Positions 1-10,945 of a stretch of DNA of 64,000 nt are shown here, in pieces. The notes beneath the pieces were generated by a model, which searched no databases, was not told the origin of the DNA, and saw only the letters and a list, made by a program, of their open reading frames with translations. A program made the translations under genes and the position numbers. The stretch is from Candidatus Ruthia sp. Plio_17_S18 (GTDB lineage: Bacteria > Pseudomonadota > Gammaproteobacteria > PS1 > Pseudothioglobaceae), in assembly GCA_021730105.1 (NCBI GenBank), contig CP072538.1:989161-1053160 (forward strand). Reading direction: 5' to 3'. How positions within the stretch are numbered: the first letter of the stretch is position 1; every line of letters begins with the position of its first letter.

Positions 1-985
1 TTGACGCGCGCTCAACTTGTGGTTTGCCCATTAATTCAAAATTCACAATCGATTTTGCACCTTGACGTAGTGCTGTGCCAATACAATCTGTGCCTGTATC
101 GCCACCACCAATCACAATCACATCTTTGCCTTTAGCGGATAAATCTGATGCGTCTTCACGTCCGGTATTTAACAAGCTTTTGGTGTTTTTAGCTAGGTAT
201 TCCATCGCCAAATGTACACCTTGTGCTTGGCGATTATCTACCAATAAATCACGTGCTTTACTTGCACCCGTGGTGAACACAAGCGCATCAAAATCTTGTT
301 GTAATCTTGTGGTGGTAATGTCTTTTCCGACATCAACATTGGTTATAAATTCAACCCCTGAATCTTGCATTAATTTAACACGGCGATCAACCACATCTTT
401 ACCAAGTTTCATACTCGGAATACCATACATTAATAAGCCACCAATACGATCATCGCGCTCAAATATAGTAACACTATGACCAATTTTATTTAACTCGTCT
501 GCCGCTGCCAAACCTGCTGGACCAGAACCAATAATACCAATTTTTTTACCTGTCCTATACTCAACTGTATAGGGCTTCATCCAGCCTTTGTCAAAACCTT
601 TGTCAATAATAGCTTGCTCAATATTCTTAATCGCAACTGCAGGATTATTAATACCCAATACGCAAGAACCTTCACAAGGCGCTGGACAAACCCGACCTGT
701 AAATTCTGGAAAATTGTTGGTTTTTAATAAACGTGCTAGTGCTTCTTGCCATTTATTATGATAAATTAAATCGTTAAATTCTGGAATTAGATTATCAACC
801 GGACAGCCATTTTCTGACTGGCAAAAAGGCACGCCACAATCCATACATCTTGCACCTTGCTCTTGAATATGAGCCTTGTCATGATGCGTTGTAAAAATCT
901 CACCATAATCTTTAATGCGCAAATCCACAGGACGATAAGCCTCGGTTTTTCTATCAAATTCTTTAAAGCCAGTTACCTTTCCCAT
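1..985 (-). CDS. gltD: Glutamate synthase small subunit (3' end runs off window)
   Basis: Manual translation from ATG at 985: MGKVTGFKEFDR..., ARCMDCGVPFCQ, CPVDNLIP, GRVCPAPCEGSC, GSGPAGLAAA, IGGGDTGTDC. Missing from the ORF track because it has no stop in the window. Confidence 0.95.
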   Translation of the reverse strand, partial: MGKVTGFKEFDRKTEAYRPVDLRIKDYGEIFTTHHDKAHIQEQGARCMDCGVPFCQSENGCPVDNLIPEFNDLIYHNKWQEALARLLKTNNFPEFTGRVCPAPCEGSCVLGINNPAVAIKNIEQAIIDKGFDKGWMKPYTVEYRTGKKIGIIGSGPAGLAAADELNKIGHSVTIFERDDRIGGLLMYGIPSMKLGKDVVDRRVKLMQDSGVEFITNVDVGKDITTTRLQQDFDALVFTTGASKARDLLVDNRQAQGVHLAMEYLAKNTKSLLNTGREDASDLSAKGKDVIVIGGGDTGTDCIGTALRQGAKSIVNFELMGKPQVERAS

Positions 986-1084
986 GACAAATAAACACTC
1001 AAATATAAATCTAAAATATTATGCCATATTTATCGTAAAATTGCACTACTCAAAAACTAGATAAAATTATATGACATTCTTGTC

Positions 1085-1113
1085 TTGTTCACTGTTCAAA
1101 ATAACGGTATAAT
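1085..1113 (+). promoter_or_regulatory. Putative sigma70 promoter for rplS
   Basis: TTGTTC-17 nt-TATAAT, about 40 nt upstream of the rplS ATG. Confidence 0.5.
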
Positions 1114-1155
1114 TGTTTCTTTTTTTTATGAAAGTTTATTCAAGGGGACACTCAA

Positions 1156-1509
1156 ATGAATTTAATTGATCAAATTGAGAGCGAACAGCTAAGAACAGAC
1201 TTACCTTCATTCTCATCAGGCGATACTATTGTTGTACAAGTAAAAGTACGTGAAGGTGAGCGTGAAAGATTACAAGCGTTTGAAGGTGTTGTTATTGCTA
1301 AGAAAAACCGAGGCATCGGTTCAGCATTCACAGTTAGAAAGATTTCTCATGGCGAGGGTGTTGAAAGAGTGTTTCAAATCCACTCAAAAATGATTGATTC
1401 AATTGAAGTAAAGCGTCGCGGTAAAGTTCGTCAAGCAAAACTTTATTATCTTCGTGGTCTTGCTGGTAAGAAAGCTAGAATTAAAGAAAAACTCCAGCTT
1501 AAAAAATAA
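1156..1509 (+). CDS. rplS: 50S ribosomal protein L19
   Basis: [50 protein letters not shown]. Confidence 0.98.
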   Translation: MNLIDQIESEQLRTDLPSFSSGDTIVVQVKVREGERERLQAFEGVVIAKKNRGIGSAFTVRKISHGEGVERVFQIHSKMIDSIEVKRRGKVRQAKLYYLRGLAGKKARIKEKLQLKK

Positions 1510-1548
1510 ACGAATTTTTTATAAGCCATTATCTGTCATAATTTATTA

Positions 1549-2430
1549 ATGGATAATTCAATACTTATTGACCAATTTTTAGACAACTACTGGCTTGCAT
1601 CAGGCGCCAGAAAAAATACGCTATCGGCTTATCGTTCTGACATTAATTTATTTTCAAAATGGGTCGACAAATCACTCACTGATATTAACGATACACATAT
1701 TAATCAGTACTTTAATGAGCGTCAATCAGCATCTATGAGCACTGCCACACAAGCCAGAATACTCACCTGTTTACGTATTTTCTACCAATACTTAATGAAA
1801 CAAAAAGTCATTAAAAAAAATCCGACTGATAAATTACACCGCCCTAAACAAGCACAAAAACTACCCGTTTTTTTAAATATTAATGAGGTTGAAAGACTAC
1901 TTAATGCCCCTGATCACAAGACTATTTTTGGATTACGTGACCAGGCCATGTTAGAACTTTTATATGCTTGTGGACTGCGCGTTTCGGAGTTGATTAATCT
2001 GAGTTATCATCATATTAATCTAGCTGATGAATATATTCTCATTCATGGTAAGGGTGACAAAGAGCGCCTTTTACCCATGGGTGAAATAGCAATGGATTGC
2101 TTGGCAAAGTACGAAAAAAACGCAAGACCATTTTTATTAAAAAATGGCCAAACTGATGGTTATTTTCTAAGTAATCGTGGCAGCAATATGAGCCGACAAA
2201 ATTTCTTTTACATCATCAAAGGCTACGCTATCAAAGCAGGTATTAACAAACCCTTATCGCCACATACACTGCGCCATGCTTTTGCCACACATCTTGTACA
2301 AAAAGGAGCAGACTTACGCAGTGTGCAATTAATGCTCGGGCATAGTGACATTTCTAGCACACAAATCTACACCCACATTCAAAACACCCAACTTAAATCA
2401 CAACACAGCAAGCATCACCCCAGAGGATAA
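1549..2430 (+). CDS. xerD: Site-specific tyrosine recombinase XerD
   Basis: Catalytic set intact: LRVSEL (R), GKGDKER, SPHTLRHAFATHL, LGH, TQIY. XerD-type N-terminus NTLSAYRSD. Confidence 0.92.
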   Translation: MDNSILIDQFLDNYWLASGARKNTLSAYRSDINLFSKWVDKSLTDINDTHINQYFNERQSASMSTATQARILTCLRIFYQYLMKQKVIKKNPTDKLHRPKQAQKLPVFLNINEVERLLNAPDHKTIFGLRDQAMLELLYACGLRVSELINLSYHHINLADEYILIHGKGDKERLLPMGEIAMDCLAKYEKNARPFLLKNGQTDGYFLSNRGSNMSRQNFFYIIKGYAIKAGINKPLSPHTLRHAFATHLVQKGADLRSVQLMLGHSDISSTQIYTHIQNTQLKSQHSKHHPRG

Positions 2431-2510
2431 CCATAAATAAACCATAATCTTATGTCAAAATAAGAGATAATAAACATAATGTAGTTTCTAGTGACTTAAA
2501 CTTTTCTTGG

Positions 2511-2559
2511 AAAGCCCTAGTTTAACCCATGACTAAAGCATTTAACACTAGGGCTTTTT
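2511..2559. terminator. Inverted repeat, possible terminator after xerD
   Basis: AAAGCCCTAGT (2511-2521) pairs with ACTAGGGCTTT (2547-2557), followed by more T. The long loop makes it atypical. Confidence 0.35.
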
Positions 2560-3782
2560 CCAATAGAGCCTTGTGTGAAAAAATGAAATACTTTGCTACT
2601 AAACACTTGCAATATATAGCATCTGAATTAGTAGAGGGGAATATTGGGCCATGGGTTAGGGTTTATATGAATGACCATTATGGTGATTGGGCGTACTGGT
2701 GTCAAGGCTTGGTATGTACCATTTTGGACCAAACTTTTCGCACTATTGGCGAATATTTTAGTGAATACTACACCGATACTTGGACAATTGAAGTTATGCT
2801 CAAAAAAGCACGCACTAAAGAATTATTGGTTACCCATCACCCATCAGCAACTCAAAGATAAAACATACGCGCCCCAAGAGGGCGACATTGTGTTGTACAT
2901 ATCCACTATATGATCACGTTTACCACACGGAAATTATTTATCAGATTTTAGATAAAAAAATGTCGATATACTTACCATAGGTGGCAATACTAATTTTTCT
3001 GGTGGTAGAAATGGTGTGGGTAAATTTTTGGTAGATAGAAATTTCTTAGATAAAGATGTAGAAGTTATTAATCAACATAAAAAATATCCGAGCAATGTAC
3101 GAAAATTACTAAGAAGCTACCCAAATATAATTGCTACTTTTAATGACAATCACATCATCTTTAAAGATGGCAAGCGTTTATTATTTGATGATAATAAAAC
3201 CAAAACACCTGATGAATGACTCACTAGCCCAGACATTAAAGATCAATTTTATTACCCTTATCAAAAAGGCGTGGCTACAACGCCACTCAAACCTAGTTTT
3301 GACCCAGGCAGAATTACTAATCAAAATTTTTTCAAAACCATGTATGGTAATACTCAAGAAAAAGTTGAACAAAACCTTACTGAAATTATTTGGACACCAA
3401 AACTTGATTGATGTAAAATTCAAGTAACTAAAATCAATGGCATAGCAAGCAAAATAAAAGCCATTGGCGAGGAGTTATACAACTATCCAGAACTCAAATC
3501 ATTCATCCACAATATTGCAGGAAGCTATAAGTGGCGTAAAGTTAAAAGCACTATCGATTAAGACTACATAGCTTTGGTATTGCGATTGACCTTAATGTTG
3601 CTGAATCTAGTTACTGGGAATGGGATTGTAAATGTAACGATAAACACCAAATTCTTGCGCCCCATGTTAATAAAATCCCACCAATTATTATTGATACTTT
3701 TGAGACATATGGTTTTATTTGGGATGGAAAGTGGTATCACGACGATACAATGCACTTTGAATATAGACCTGAATTATTATAA
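2529..3782 (+). pseudogene. Cell-wall hydrolase pseudogene: CHAP-like domain fused to an M15-family D-Ala-D-Ala/L,D-peptidase
   Basis: Stitched frames give GPWVRVYM..WCQG..EGDIVLY..HTEII..TIGGNTN (CHAP-like), then DPGRITN..FFKTMYG..HSFGIAIDLN..YWEW..GFIWDGKWYHDDTMHFEYRPELL* (M15). Several frameshifts and in-frame TGA stops. Confidence 0.8.
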
Positions 3783-4265
3783 AACGTTTAATATATACTC
3801 AACACTTAGTATTTCATAAACAATATCACCCTTAGGTGCTTTCACTGTTATTTCATCACCTTCTTCGTTGCCCATTAATGCACTAGCAATTGGTGAATGA
3901 CACGAAATCTTACCGAGTGCAATATCAGCTTCATCTTCGCCCACAACTTGATACGTAGTTTCACTACCATTTTCAATATTCATTAGGGTAATGGTAGTAC
4001 CAAAAACACAACGACCATCTTGGTTAAGTTTAGCAACATCAATCACTTGCATACGAGAAAGTTTCGATTCAACCTCTTTAATGCGACCTTCAACAAAGCT
4101 TTGTTCTTCTTTAGCGGCGTGATATTCGGCGTTTTCTTTAAGATCACCATGAGCACGTGCTGTGGCAATATCTTCAATAACGCGTGGACGGCTAACATCT
4201 TTAAGTTTAAGTAGTTTTGCTTCTAATGCTTTTGCACCAAAAACGGTCATTGGTATATTTTCCAT
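3777..4265 (-). CDS. greA: Transcription elongation factor GreA
   Basis: ARAHGDLKENAEYHAAKEEQ, ISCHSPIASALMG. Confidence 0.97.
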   Translation of the reverse strand: MENIPMTVFGAKALEAKLLKLKDVSRPRVIEDIATARAHGDLKENAEYHAAKEEQSFVEGRIKEVESKLSRMQVIDVAKLNQDGRCVFGTTITLMNIENGSETTYQVVGEDEADIALGKISCHSPIASALMGNEEGDEITVKAPKGDIVYEILSVEYILNVL

Positions 4266-7200
4266 TATGAGTGTAGTGATTGAAGCTTAGTTATGGTAAG
4301 CTTATTATTGGCTTTCAAGCCATCCAACATAGCAAATGCAGCTGCTACTGTGGTTGTAAATGGCACCTTATGTACTAATGCTTGACAACGAATCGCTGCA
4401 GCATCAGTCACACCTTGGGTGTCTTCAATTGAGTTAATAATCAAATCGATATCATCATTTTTAATCATATCGACAATATGTGGCGAGCCTTCTGATACCT
4501 TATTAATCACTTCGCATGCAAGCCCAGCTTCATTCAACATATCTCTATTACTGCGTGTTGAAACCAAGCTAAAACCTTGTGCTGATAATTTTTTACCCAA
4601 ATCAATCAGCTCATTACGATCAAGCCTGCGCAAACTAACAAACACCTTGCCATTTTCTGGTGCGCGATCGCCTGCTGCTAATTGAGCCTTATCAAAAGCC
4701 GAGGCAAAATCTTTACCAATACCCATTACTTCGCCTGTTGAACGCATTTCAGGACCTAAAATTGGGTCCACGCCTAAAAATTTATTAAATGGAAATACAG
4801 CCTCTTTGACACTAAAATGCTTGGGAATAATCTCTTTGGTAAAATTCTGAGCTTTAAGTGACACACCTGACATCACACGTGCAGCAATATTAGCCAGTGG
4901 CACGCCAATCGCTTTAGAAACAAAAGGCACTGTGCGTGAGGCACGTGGATTAACCTCAATAATATAAATCTCACCATCTTGATAGGCTAATTGGGTATTC
5001 ATTAAACCAACCACGTTTAATTTTTTAGCCATGGCAACAACCTGAGCACGCATTTCATCCAACACGTCGCTGGCTAGCGAATAAGGTGGTAATGAACAAG
5101 CAGAATCACCTGAATGAATGCCTGCTTGCTCAATATGTTGCATAATACCACCAATCACCACATCTTCACCATCACAAATTGCATCAATATCAACTTCAAT
5201 GGCATGGTCTAAAAAAGAATCTAGCAAAATAGGGGAATCGTTTGATACTTGAACTGTTGTGTGCATGTAACGCTTAAGACTGTCTTTGTCATAAACAATT
5301 TCCATTGCTCGACCACCAAGCACATAAGAAGGTCTAACCACTAGTGGAAAACCAATTGCATCTGCAATGTCTTGTGCTTGTTCTAGTGAACGCGCCGTGC
5401 CATTTAGTGGCTGCTTAAGTTCTAACTCTTGCAACATTTTAGAAAAACGTTCTCTGTCTTCAGCTAAATCAATAGCATCTGGGTTTGTACCAATAATATT
5501 TGCACCACTTTTTTCCAATGCTTTAGCCAGTTTAAGTGGTGTTTGACCGCCATAATGTACAATAATGCCATCTGGATTTTCAACCTCAATAACAGCCAAA
5601 ACATCTTCTAAAGTTAATGGTTCAAAATACAAACGATCTGAAATATCATAATCGGTTGAAACCGTTTCAGGATTACAGTTTATCATAATCGTCTCAAACC
5701 CATCTTCTCGTAAAGCAAGTGATGCATGCACACAGCAATAATCAAACTCAATGCCTTGCCCAATGTGATTAGGCCCACCACCCAAAATCATAATTTTTTT
5801 CTTATCAGTTGGGTTGGATTCACACTCAAGCTGATAAGTTGAATATAAATAAGCAGTCTGAGTGTCAAATTCTGCCGCACAACTGTCCACTCGCTTAAAC
5901 ACAGGTTTAATGTTAAGCGTATGGCGACGTTCACGCACTGAAGATTCGCTACAGCAGAATAATTGTGCCAAACGCGCATCAGAAAAACCTTTACGCTTTA
6001 AGGCAAACATTTTGTCAGCATCAATATCAGTGACATTTGTGCCATTAATTTGCAACTCAGTTGAAACAATACCTTGTATTTGCGCTAAAAACCAAGGGTC
6101 AACCTTAGACAAATCAAACACCTCTTCAACACTCATGCCCAATCTAAAGGCATCAGCCAAATAGAAAATGCGTTCGCCTCGAGCTGAAATACACTCAGAA
6201 CGTATTTTATTGCGTGCATCGTCAGCTCTCAAATCAACAATAGGGTCTAATCCGACCTTGTCGGTCTCTAGCCCTCTTAATGCTTTTTGTAAAGATTCTT
6301 GGAAGGTTGAGCCAATAGCCATTACTTCACCTACAGACTTCATTTGTGTGGTTAAACGATCATCTGCGTTGGGAAATTTTTCAAAGTCAAATCTTGGAAT
6401 TTTAGTGACTACATAATCAATACTGGGTTCAAAAGAGGCGGGTGTTTTACCATTCGTAATCTCATTATCAAGCTCATCTAAAGTGTAACCTATGGCTAGT
6501 TTTGCAGCCACTCTGGCAATAGGAAAGCCTGTTGCTTTTGATGCCAATGCTGATGATCGAGACACACGTGGGTTCATCTCAATAATGGTTAAACGACCAT
6601 CTTCTGGATTAAGCGCAAATTGCACATTTGAGCCACCTGTATCAATCCCAATTTCACGAAGTACTGCTAATGAAGCATTGCGCATCACTTGGTATTCTTT
6701 ATCAGTTAGTGTTTGCGCAGGTGCAACAGTAATTGAGTCGCCTGTGTGAATACCCATAGGGTCAAGATTTTCAATTGAGCAAATAATAATGCAATTATCT
6801 TTGCTGTCACGTACTACTTCCATCTCAAACTCTTTCCAACCAAGAATCGACTCTTCAATTAAAAGTTCATTAGTCGGTGAGAGGTCTAAACCTCGTTCGC
6901 AAATTTCAACAAATTCTTCTTTATTATAAGCAATGCCACCACCACTGCCACCCATGGTAAATGAAGGACGGATAACAGTTGGAAAGCCGACTGTTTCTTG
7001 TACAGCGTGCGCTTGTTCCATATTATGAGCCACAGCAGCTTTAGGCATATCAAGGCCAATTTTTAACATTGCCTCACGGAATAAATCACGATCCTCAGCT
7101 TTATCAATGGCTTCTTTTTTAGCGCCAATCATTTCCACGTTATATTTTTTAAGCACACCATGACGCTCTAAATCTAGTGCACAATTAAGTGCAGTTTGCC

Positions 7201-7474
7201 CACCCATAGTCGGTAATAACGCATCGGGCTTTTCTTTTTCAATAATTTTTTCAACCGTACGCCACTCAATTGGCTCAATATAAGTTGCATCTGCCATTTT
7301 TGGGTCAGTCATGATGGTGGCTGGATTGGAATTAACCAAAATAACACGATACCACTCTTCACGTAGTGCCGTGCAGGCTTGCGCACCAGAATAGTCAAAC
7401 TCGCAAGCTTGACCAATCACAATAGGTCCAGCACCGATAATTAAAATACTTTTAAGGTCTTGTCTTTTTGGCAT
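4265..7474 (-). CDS. carB: Carbamoyl-phosphate synthase large subunit
   Basis: [30 protein letters not shown], duplicated ATP-grasp halves, C-terminal MGS domain, 1069 aa. Confidence 0.99.
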   Translation of the reverse strand: MPKRQDLKSILIIGAGPIVIGQACEFDYSGAQACTALREEWYRVILVNSNPATIMTDPKMADATYIEPIEWRTVEKIIEKEKPDALLPTMGGQTALNCALDLERHGVLKKYNVEMIGAKKEAIDKAEDRDLFREAMLKIGLDMPKAAVAHNMEQAHAVQETVGFPTVIRPSFTMGGSGGGIAYNKEEFVEICERGLDLSPTNELLIEESILGWKEFEMEVVRDSKDNCIIICSIENLDPMGIHTGDSITVAPAQTLTDKEYQVMRNASLAVLREIGIDTGGSNVQFALNPEDGRLTIIEMNPRVSRSSALASKATGFPIARVAAKLAIGYTLDELDNEITNGKTPASFEPSIDYVVTKIPRFDFEKFPNADDRLTTQMKSVGEVMAIGSTFQESLQKALRGLETDKVGLDPIVDLRADDARNKIRSECISARGERIFYLADAFRLGMSVEEVFDLSKVDPWFLAQIQGIVSTELQINGTNVTDIDADKMFALKRKGFSDARLAQLFCCSESSVRERRHTLNIKPVFKRVDSCAAEFDTQTAYLYSTYQLECESNPTDKKKIMILGGGPNHIGQGIEFDYCCVHASLALREDGFETIMINCNPETVSTDYDISDRLYFEPLTLEDVLAVIEVENPDGIIVHYGGQTPLKLAKALEKSGANIIGTNPDAIDLAEDRERFSKMLQELELKQPLNGTARSLEQAQDIADAIGFPLVVRPSYVLGGRAMEIVYDKDSLKRYMHTTVQVSNDSPILLDSFLDHAIEVDIDAICDGEDVVIGGIMQHIEQAGIHSGDSACSLPPYSLASDVLDEMRAQVVAMAKKLNVVGLMNTQLAYQDGEIYIIEVNPRASRTVPFVSKAIGVPLANIAARVMSGVSLKAQNFTKEIIPKHFSVKEAVFPFNKFLGVDPILGPEMRSTGEVMGIGKDFASAFDKAQLAAGDRAPENGKVFVSLRRLDRNELIDLGKKLSAQGFSLVSTRSNRDMLNEAGLACEVINKVSEGSPHIVDMIKNDDIDLIINSIEDTQGVTDAAAIRCQALVHKVPFTTTVAAAFAMLDGLKANNKLTITKLQSLHS

Positions 7475-7496
7475 TAGTGTTGTGCTTTAAATTAGG

Positions 7497-8183
7497 TCAG
7501 AAATCATCATCTTCAATAGGCGGATTGCCATCAAAGATATCAAATTGTCTCTTTTGTAAATAAGAAGAACGTGTTGCAATGTAAACATCATCTGAATTTT
7601 TAAGTAAATCCGTTGCTGGCAATAATTTAACTCTAGTATCAACAGCTCTAGTGAGTAATAAAGCTGTTTCTTCAGTGGTATTTAATCCCTTGGTTACATC
7701 AACATTTTCGGTAATATCAATATAAGCACCTGCTGAATCGCGCATGGTTGATGGACCCAAAATCGGCAAAACCACATAAGGGCCGCTTGGCACGCCCCAA
7801 ACTGCCATAGTTTGACCAAAATCTTCATCGGTTTTTTCTAGCCCAATATAGCTAGCAACATCAAATAAACCAGCCAATCCCATGGTACTATTCACTAAAA
7901 TCCTGCCAAACGTGTTCACACTATCAAATAATTCAAACTGCAAAATTTCATTACCCAATGTGGAAATATCGTCCAAATTAGAAGAAAAATCACTAACTCG
8001 CTTTTGCGCTGTTTCAGGTACAGATTCTTTATAAGCCCTAGCTGTAGGCTCAAAGAAATTTTCATCTAAGGTTTGATTAAACTCAAAAACTGCTCTATTT
8101 GATTCTTCAAATGGATCAACATCTTCAGCCATAGTAGTTGCGTCGAATGCTAATAATAAAAAACTCATTAATAAATTTTTCAT
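7497..8183 (-). CDS. mlaA: MlaA/VacJ family phospholipid-asymmetry protein (no lipobox cysteine)
   Basis: [57 protein letters not shown]. Confidence 0.9.
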   Translation of the reverse strand: MKNLLMSFLLLAFDATTMAEDVDPFEESNRAVFEFNQTLDENFFEPTARAYKESVPETAQKRVSDFSSNLDDISTLGNEILQFELFDSVNTFGRILVNSTMGLAGLFDVASYIGLEKTDEDFGQTMAVWGVPSGPYVVLPILGPSTMRDSAGAYIDITENVDVTKGLNTTEETALLLTRAVDTRVKLLPATDLLKNSDDVYIATRSSYLQKRQFDIFDGNPPIEDDDF

Positions 8184-9301
8184 TCACTCATCTTCTTAAT
8201 AAATGTATCAAATAAACCACTCATATCGTGAGGCCCTGGTGAGGCCTCAGGATGCCCTTGAAAGCCAAATGCTTTTTTATTAACAACACTAATACCTTGG
8301 ATGGAATTGTCAAATAACGAGCGATGTGTCACTTCTAAATCATTGGGTATATTGTCCTCTGATACTGAAAATCCATGATTTTGAGAAGTAATCATCACTT
8401 GCTTGGTGTGCAAATCTTGCACAGTATGGTTAGCACCATGATGGCCAAATTTCATCTTTTGCGTTGTTGCACCAACTGCTAAAGATAACAATTGATGACC
8501 CAAACAAATGCCAAATAACGGCACATCTTTTTCTAACAAGGTTTGAATGCTTTTAATAGCGTAATCGCATGGTTCAGGATCACCCGGTCCATTGGATAAA
8601 AATACACCGTCAGGGTTCATCGCTAATATTGCTTCTACCGGTGTTTGTGCATTAACAATAGTTAAATCACAGCCTCTGTCTACCAACATCCTTAAAATAT
8701 TTTTCTTAACGCCATAATCATAAACCACGACTTTAAACTTAGCATCTAATTTGTTAAATTTAGTCTTTTCCAATGAATAAGAACCTTGATTAAATTCATA
8801 CGACTGAGCAGTTGAAACCACTTGTGCTAAATCCATATTTTTAAGACCAACAAATGATTGAGCATTGGCAATAGCTGCCTCTTGATCAATGTCATCACCT
8901 GTAATAATACACCCTTTAAGTGCACCCTGTGTTCGTATGTGGCATGTTAATGCGCGGGTATCAATATCACTAATAGCAACAATATGATTTAGTCTTAAAT
9001 ACGCACCTAAAGACATATTTGAGCGCCAATTACTTACTGCCAAAGGCAAATCACGGATAATTAAACCTGCTGTATGAACCTTGTTTGATTCTTCGTCAAC
9101 TGGATTAGTACCTGTATTGCCAATATGTGGATAAGTTAGTGCAACGATTTGTTGTGCATACGATGGGTCGGTTAAAATTTCTTGATAACCCGTTATTGAG
9201 GTATTAAACACCACTTCGCCTAAAGTTTCACCATTAGCGCCAATAGATTTTCCATGAAAAATTTTCCCATCTTCTAATGCTAATAAGGCAGCTTGTGACA
9301 C
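8180..9301 (-). CDS. carA: Carbamoyl-phosphate synthase small subunit
   Basis: [55 protein letters not shown]. Start re-called at GTG 9301, which has a GGAG Shine-Dalgarno 6 nt upstream. Confidence 0.97.
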   Translation of the reverse strand: MSQAALLALEDGKIFHGKSIGANGETLGEVVFNTSITGYQEILTDPSYAQQIVALTYPHIGNTGTNPVDEESNKVHTAGLIIRDLPLAVSNWRSNMSLGAYLRLNHIVAISDIDTRALTCHIRTQGALKGCIITGDDIDQEAAIANAQSFVGLKNMDLAQVVSTAQSYEFNQGSYSLEKTKFNKLDAKFKVVVYDYGVKKNILRMLVDRGCDLTIVNAQTPVEAILAMNPDGVFLSNGPGDPEPCDYAIKSIQTLLEKDVPLFGICLGHQLLSLAVGATTQKMKFGHHGANHTVQDLHTKQVMITSQNHGFSVSEDNIPNDLEVTHRSLFDNSIQGISVVNKKAFGFQGHPEASPGPHDMSGLFDTFIKKMSE

Positions 9302-9420
9302 CAAATACTCCAGAATGAAAAACTTCGACAATTTTACCATAGCATTACACTGCTTTGGCATCCAAATGCACAAATCAATAGTGATACAATAACGTTTTTA
9401 AAAACCAAACAAGAGGCGTT

Positions 9421-9690
9421 ATGAAAATAACCGTTGACAATATCAAATGTGATGGTTGTGCAAACACCATTACTAAAAAATTAACAACAACTTTTGATAC
9501 CGAAAATATCGATATTAACATTGAACAAGGTATTATAAATCTTGACGTAGATGATGCTAAAAAAGCCGAAGTTGTCAAAGTTCTACTCAATCTTGGCTAC
9601 CCTGAAATCGATTCAGTGCATGGGTTTAATTCTGCCAAAGCCAAAGCAAAATCCTTTGTTTCTTGTGCCATTGGCAAAATAGATACATGA
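9421..9690 (+). CDS. Heavy-metal-associated (HMA/CopZ-like) domain protein
   Basis: N-terminal IKCDGC (CxxC), LGYP, C-terminal AKAKSFVSCAIG. Confidence 0.85.
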   Translation: MKITVDNIKCDGCANTITKKLTTTFDTENIDINIEQGIINLDVDDAKKAEVVKVLLNLGYPEIDSVHGFNSAKAKAKSFVSCAIGKIDT

Positions 9691-9887
9691 CGCTCACCCT
9701 AAATGGCAAGTCGCTAAAGGTAGCTGAAAACTTAAACGCACATGATTTGATTGTTCAACTGGGTTATGAAAATCAGCGCATTGCGTTAGAAGTTAATAAA
9801 GCCATTATTCCTAAATCCAAACATGCTGAATTCACCCTAAGCGAAGGTGATGTTTGTGAGATTATTAAGGCTGTTGGTGGTGGTTAA
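9687..9887 (+). CDS. thiS: Sulfur carrier protein ThiS
   Basis: MTLTLNG..RIALEVN..IIPKS..EGDVCEIIKAVGGG*, C-terminal GG. ATG overlaps the upstream TGA (ATGA). Confidence 0.92.
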   Translation: MTLTLNGKSLKVAENLNAHDLIVQLGYENQRIALEVNKAIIPKSKHAEFTLSEGDVCEIIKAVGGG

Positions 9888-9964
9888 ATACTATAAATTA
9901 CGCCTAAGTACAAACTTAAATGTGCTTTTTGACTCCCATTTAATAGCTTATCAGTCAATCTTGA

Positions 9965-10258
9965 TCACAATCCACTACGAGTCGTTTTTAATCTTTTGAC
10001 GTGGACATCTAATCTATTAATTCTATCTCTGGTCATTGAAATATTGATTTTTCTAGTTTTATTCAAATTCTCAGAATCTGGAATAATATCTTTATTTTTG
10101 AGTGCAGCATCAAGATAGCATTTAAAAGCACTTTTCACATCTATAATTACCTTGTCTTTGCTACTGCCATCACCCATAACACCACTACTGTCCTTGTAAT
10201 AAGCAAAATACCCACCACAATCTTACTCATCTAATTTGTATGCAATAATGTCATAATC
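9965..10258 (-). pseudogene. HicB-family antitoxin remnant (HicB core plus RHH tail)
   Basis: In frame upstream of the 70-aa ORF: YDIIAYKLDE*DCGGYFAYYKDSSGVMGDG..DVKSAFKCYL, then KINISMT..RSGL*. Internal TAA, probable premature TGA, no start codon and no recognisable HicA. Confidence 0.7.
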
Positions 10259-10561
10259 ATAAATAGTGGTTAATAATTTATAACTATTATTAAGGCAGTA
10301 AGCGGTTAAAGCTTTACTACTTATATTCAAATATGCTGAATTTACCATAAATGAGGACAGACTATTAAGGCGGGTTGGTAGTTAAGACCTAAAGTAGATC
10401 ATAAATTTGAACCAACTCTCACAGCTTATCTTTGTTAATATTTTCGGAGCGAGGCAACACTCTAGACATAATTATTGGTTTCTGCGATTGCTTGTGCAAT
10501 TGAGCTAGAAACTGAGAATGGTTCGACCATTTTTGCATTATGTTTTAACACATGCATATTT

Positions 10562-10945
10562 TTAATATTGAATGCCGTATCTGTAGTAATTAAAAGCTAT
10601 GAGTGAGCGTAATTCGTTAACGTTTGGCAGACGCCAATCTTTATGCTCTGCAAAGCTTGAATATGCTCTGCAAAGCTTGAACCTGCATTTAAGGTGAGTG
10701 GTATTTGCAGGGCTGTCTTCCAAGTATGCATTGATGCTGTGCCTGTGGCACAATACAATCACACTGCCAATTAAACCTTCAGCACATTGTTTCCACATAA
10801 GTTTTGTAGTGTTATCGGTGATTGTGCTGTTGTTATGATCGGTATAGCGAGTATTTTGCCAATCATTAGGTATGTATTTTTTGCAAGTTTGGGCATTCGC
10901 CAAGCATGCTAAGAGGGCTAGAGTCAAAAAGAGTGATGTTTGCAT
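10562..10945 (-). pseudogene. Secreted DUF1566 (Lcl/C-type-lectin-fold) protein, internally scrambled and C-terminally truncated
   Basis: Signal peptide, RYTDHNNSTITDNTTKLMWKQC.EG, DWRLPNVNELRSL. The middle is frameshifted by duplications and the FWSS/VRLVR C-terminus is missing. Confidence 0.8.
10642..10681. repeat. Exact 20-bp tandem duplication
   Basis: TATGCTCTGCAAAGCTTGAA twice (10642-10661, 10662-10681). Confidence 0.95.

Noticed and set aside
75-479. 134-aa plus-strand ORF
   Set aside because: Antisense shadow of gltD, which is clearly encoded on the minus strand.
1549-2430. Tyrosine recombinase as a phage or island integrase
   Set aside because: Length and motifs match housekeeping XerD. 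No att sites or mobile cargo recognised, and no dif-like site seen in the window.
9302-9373. N-terminal extension of carA in the ORF track
   Set aside because: No CarA similarity, and a GGAG SD supports the GTG at 9301.
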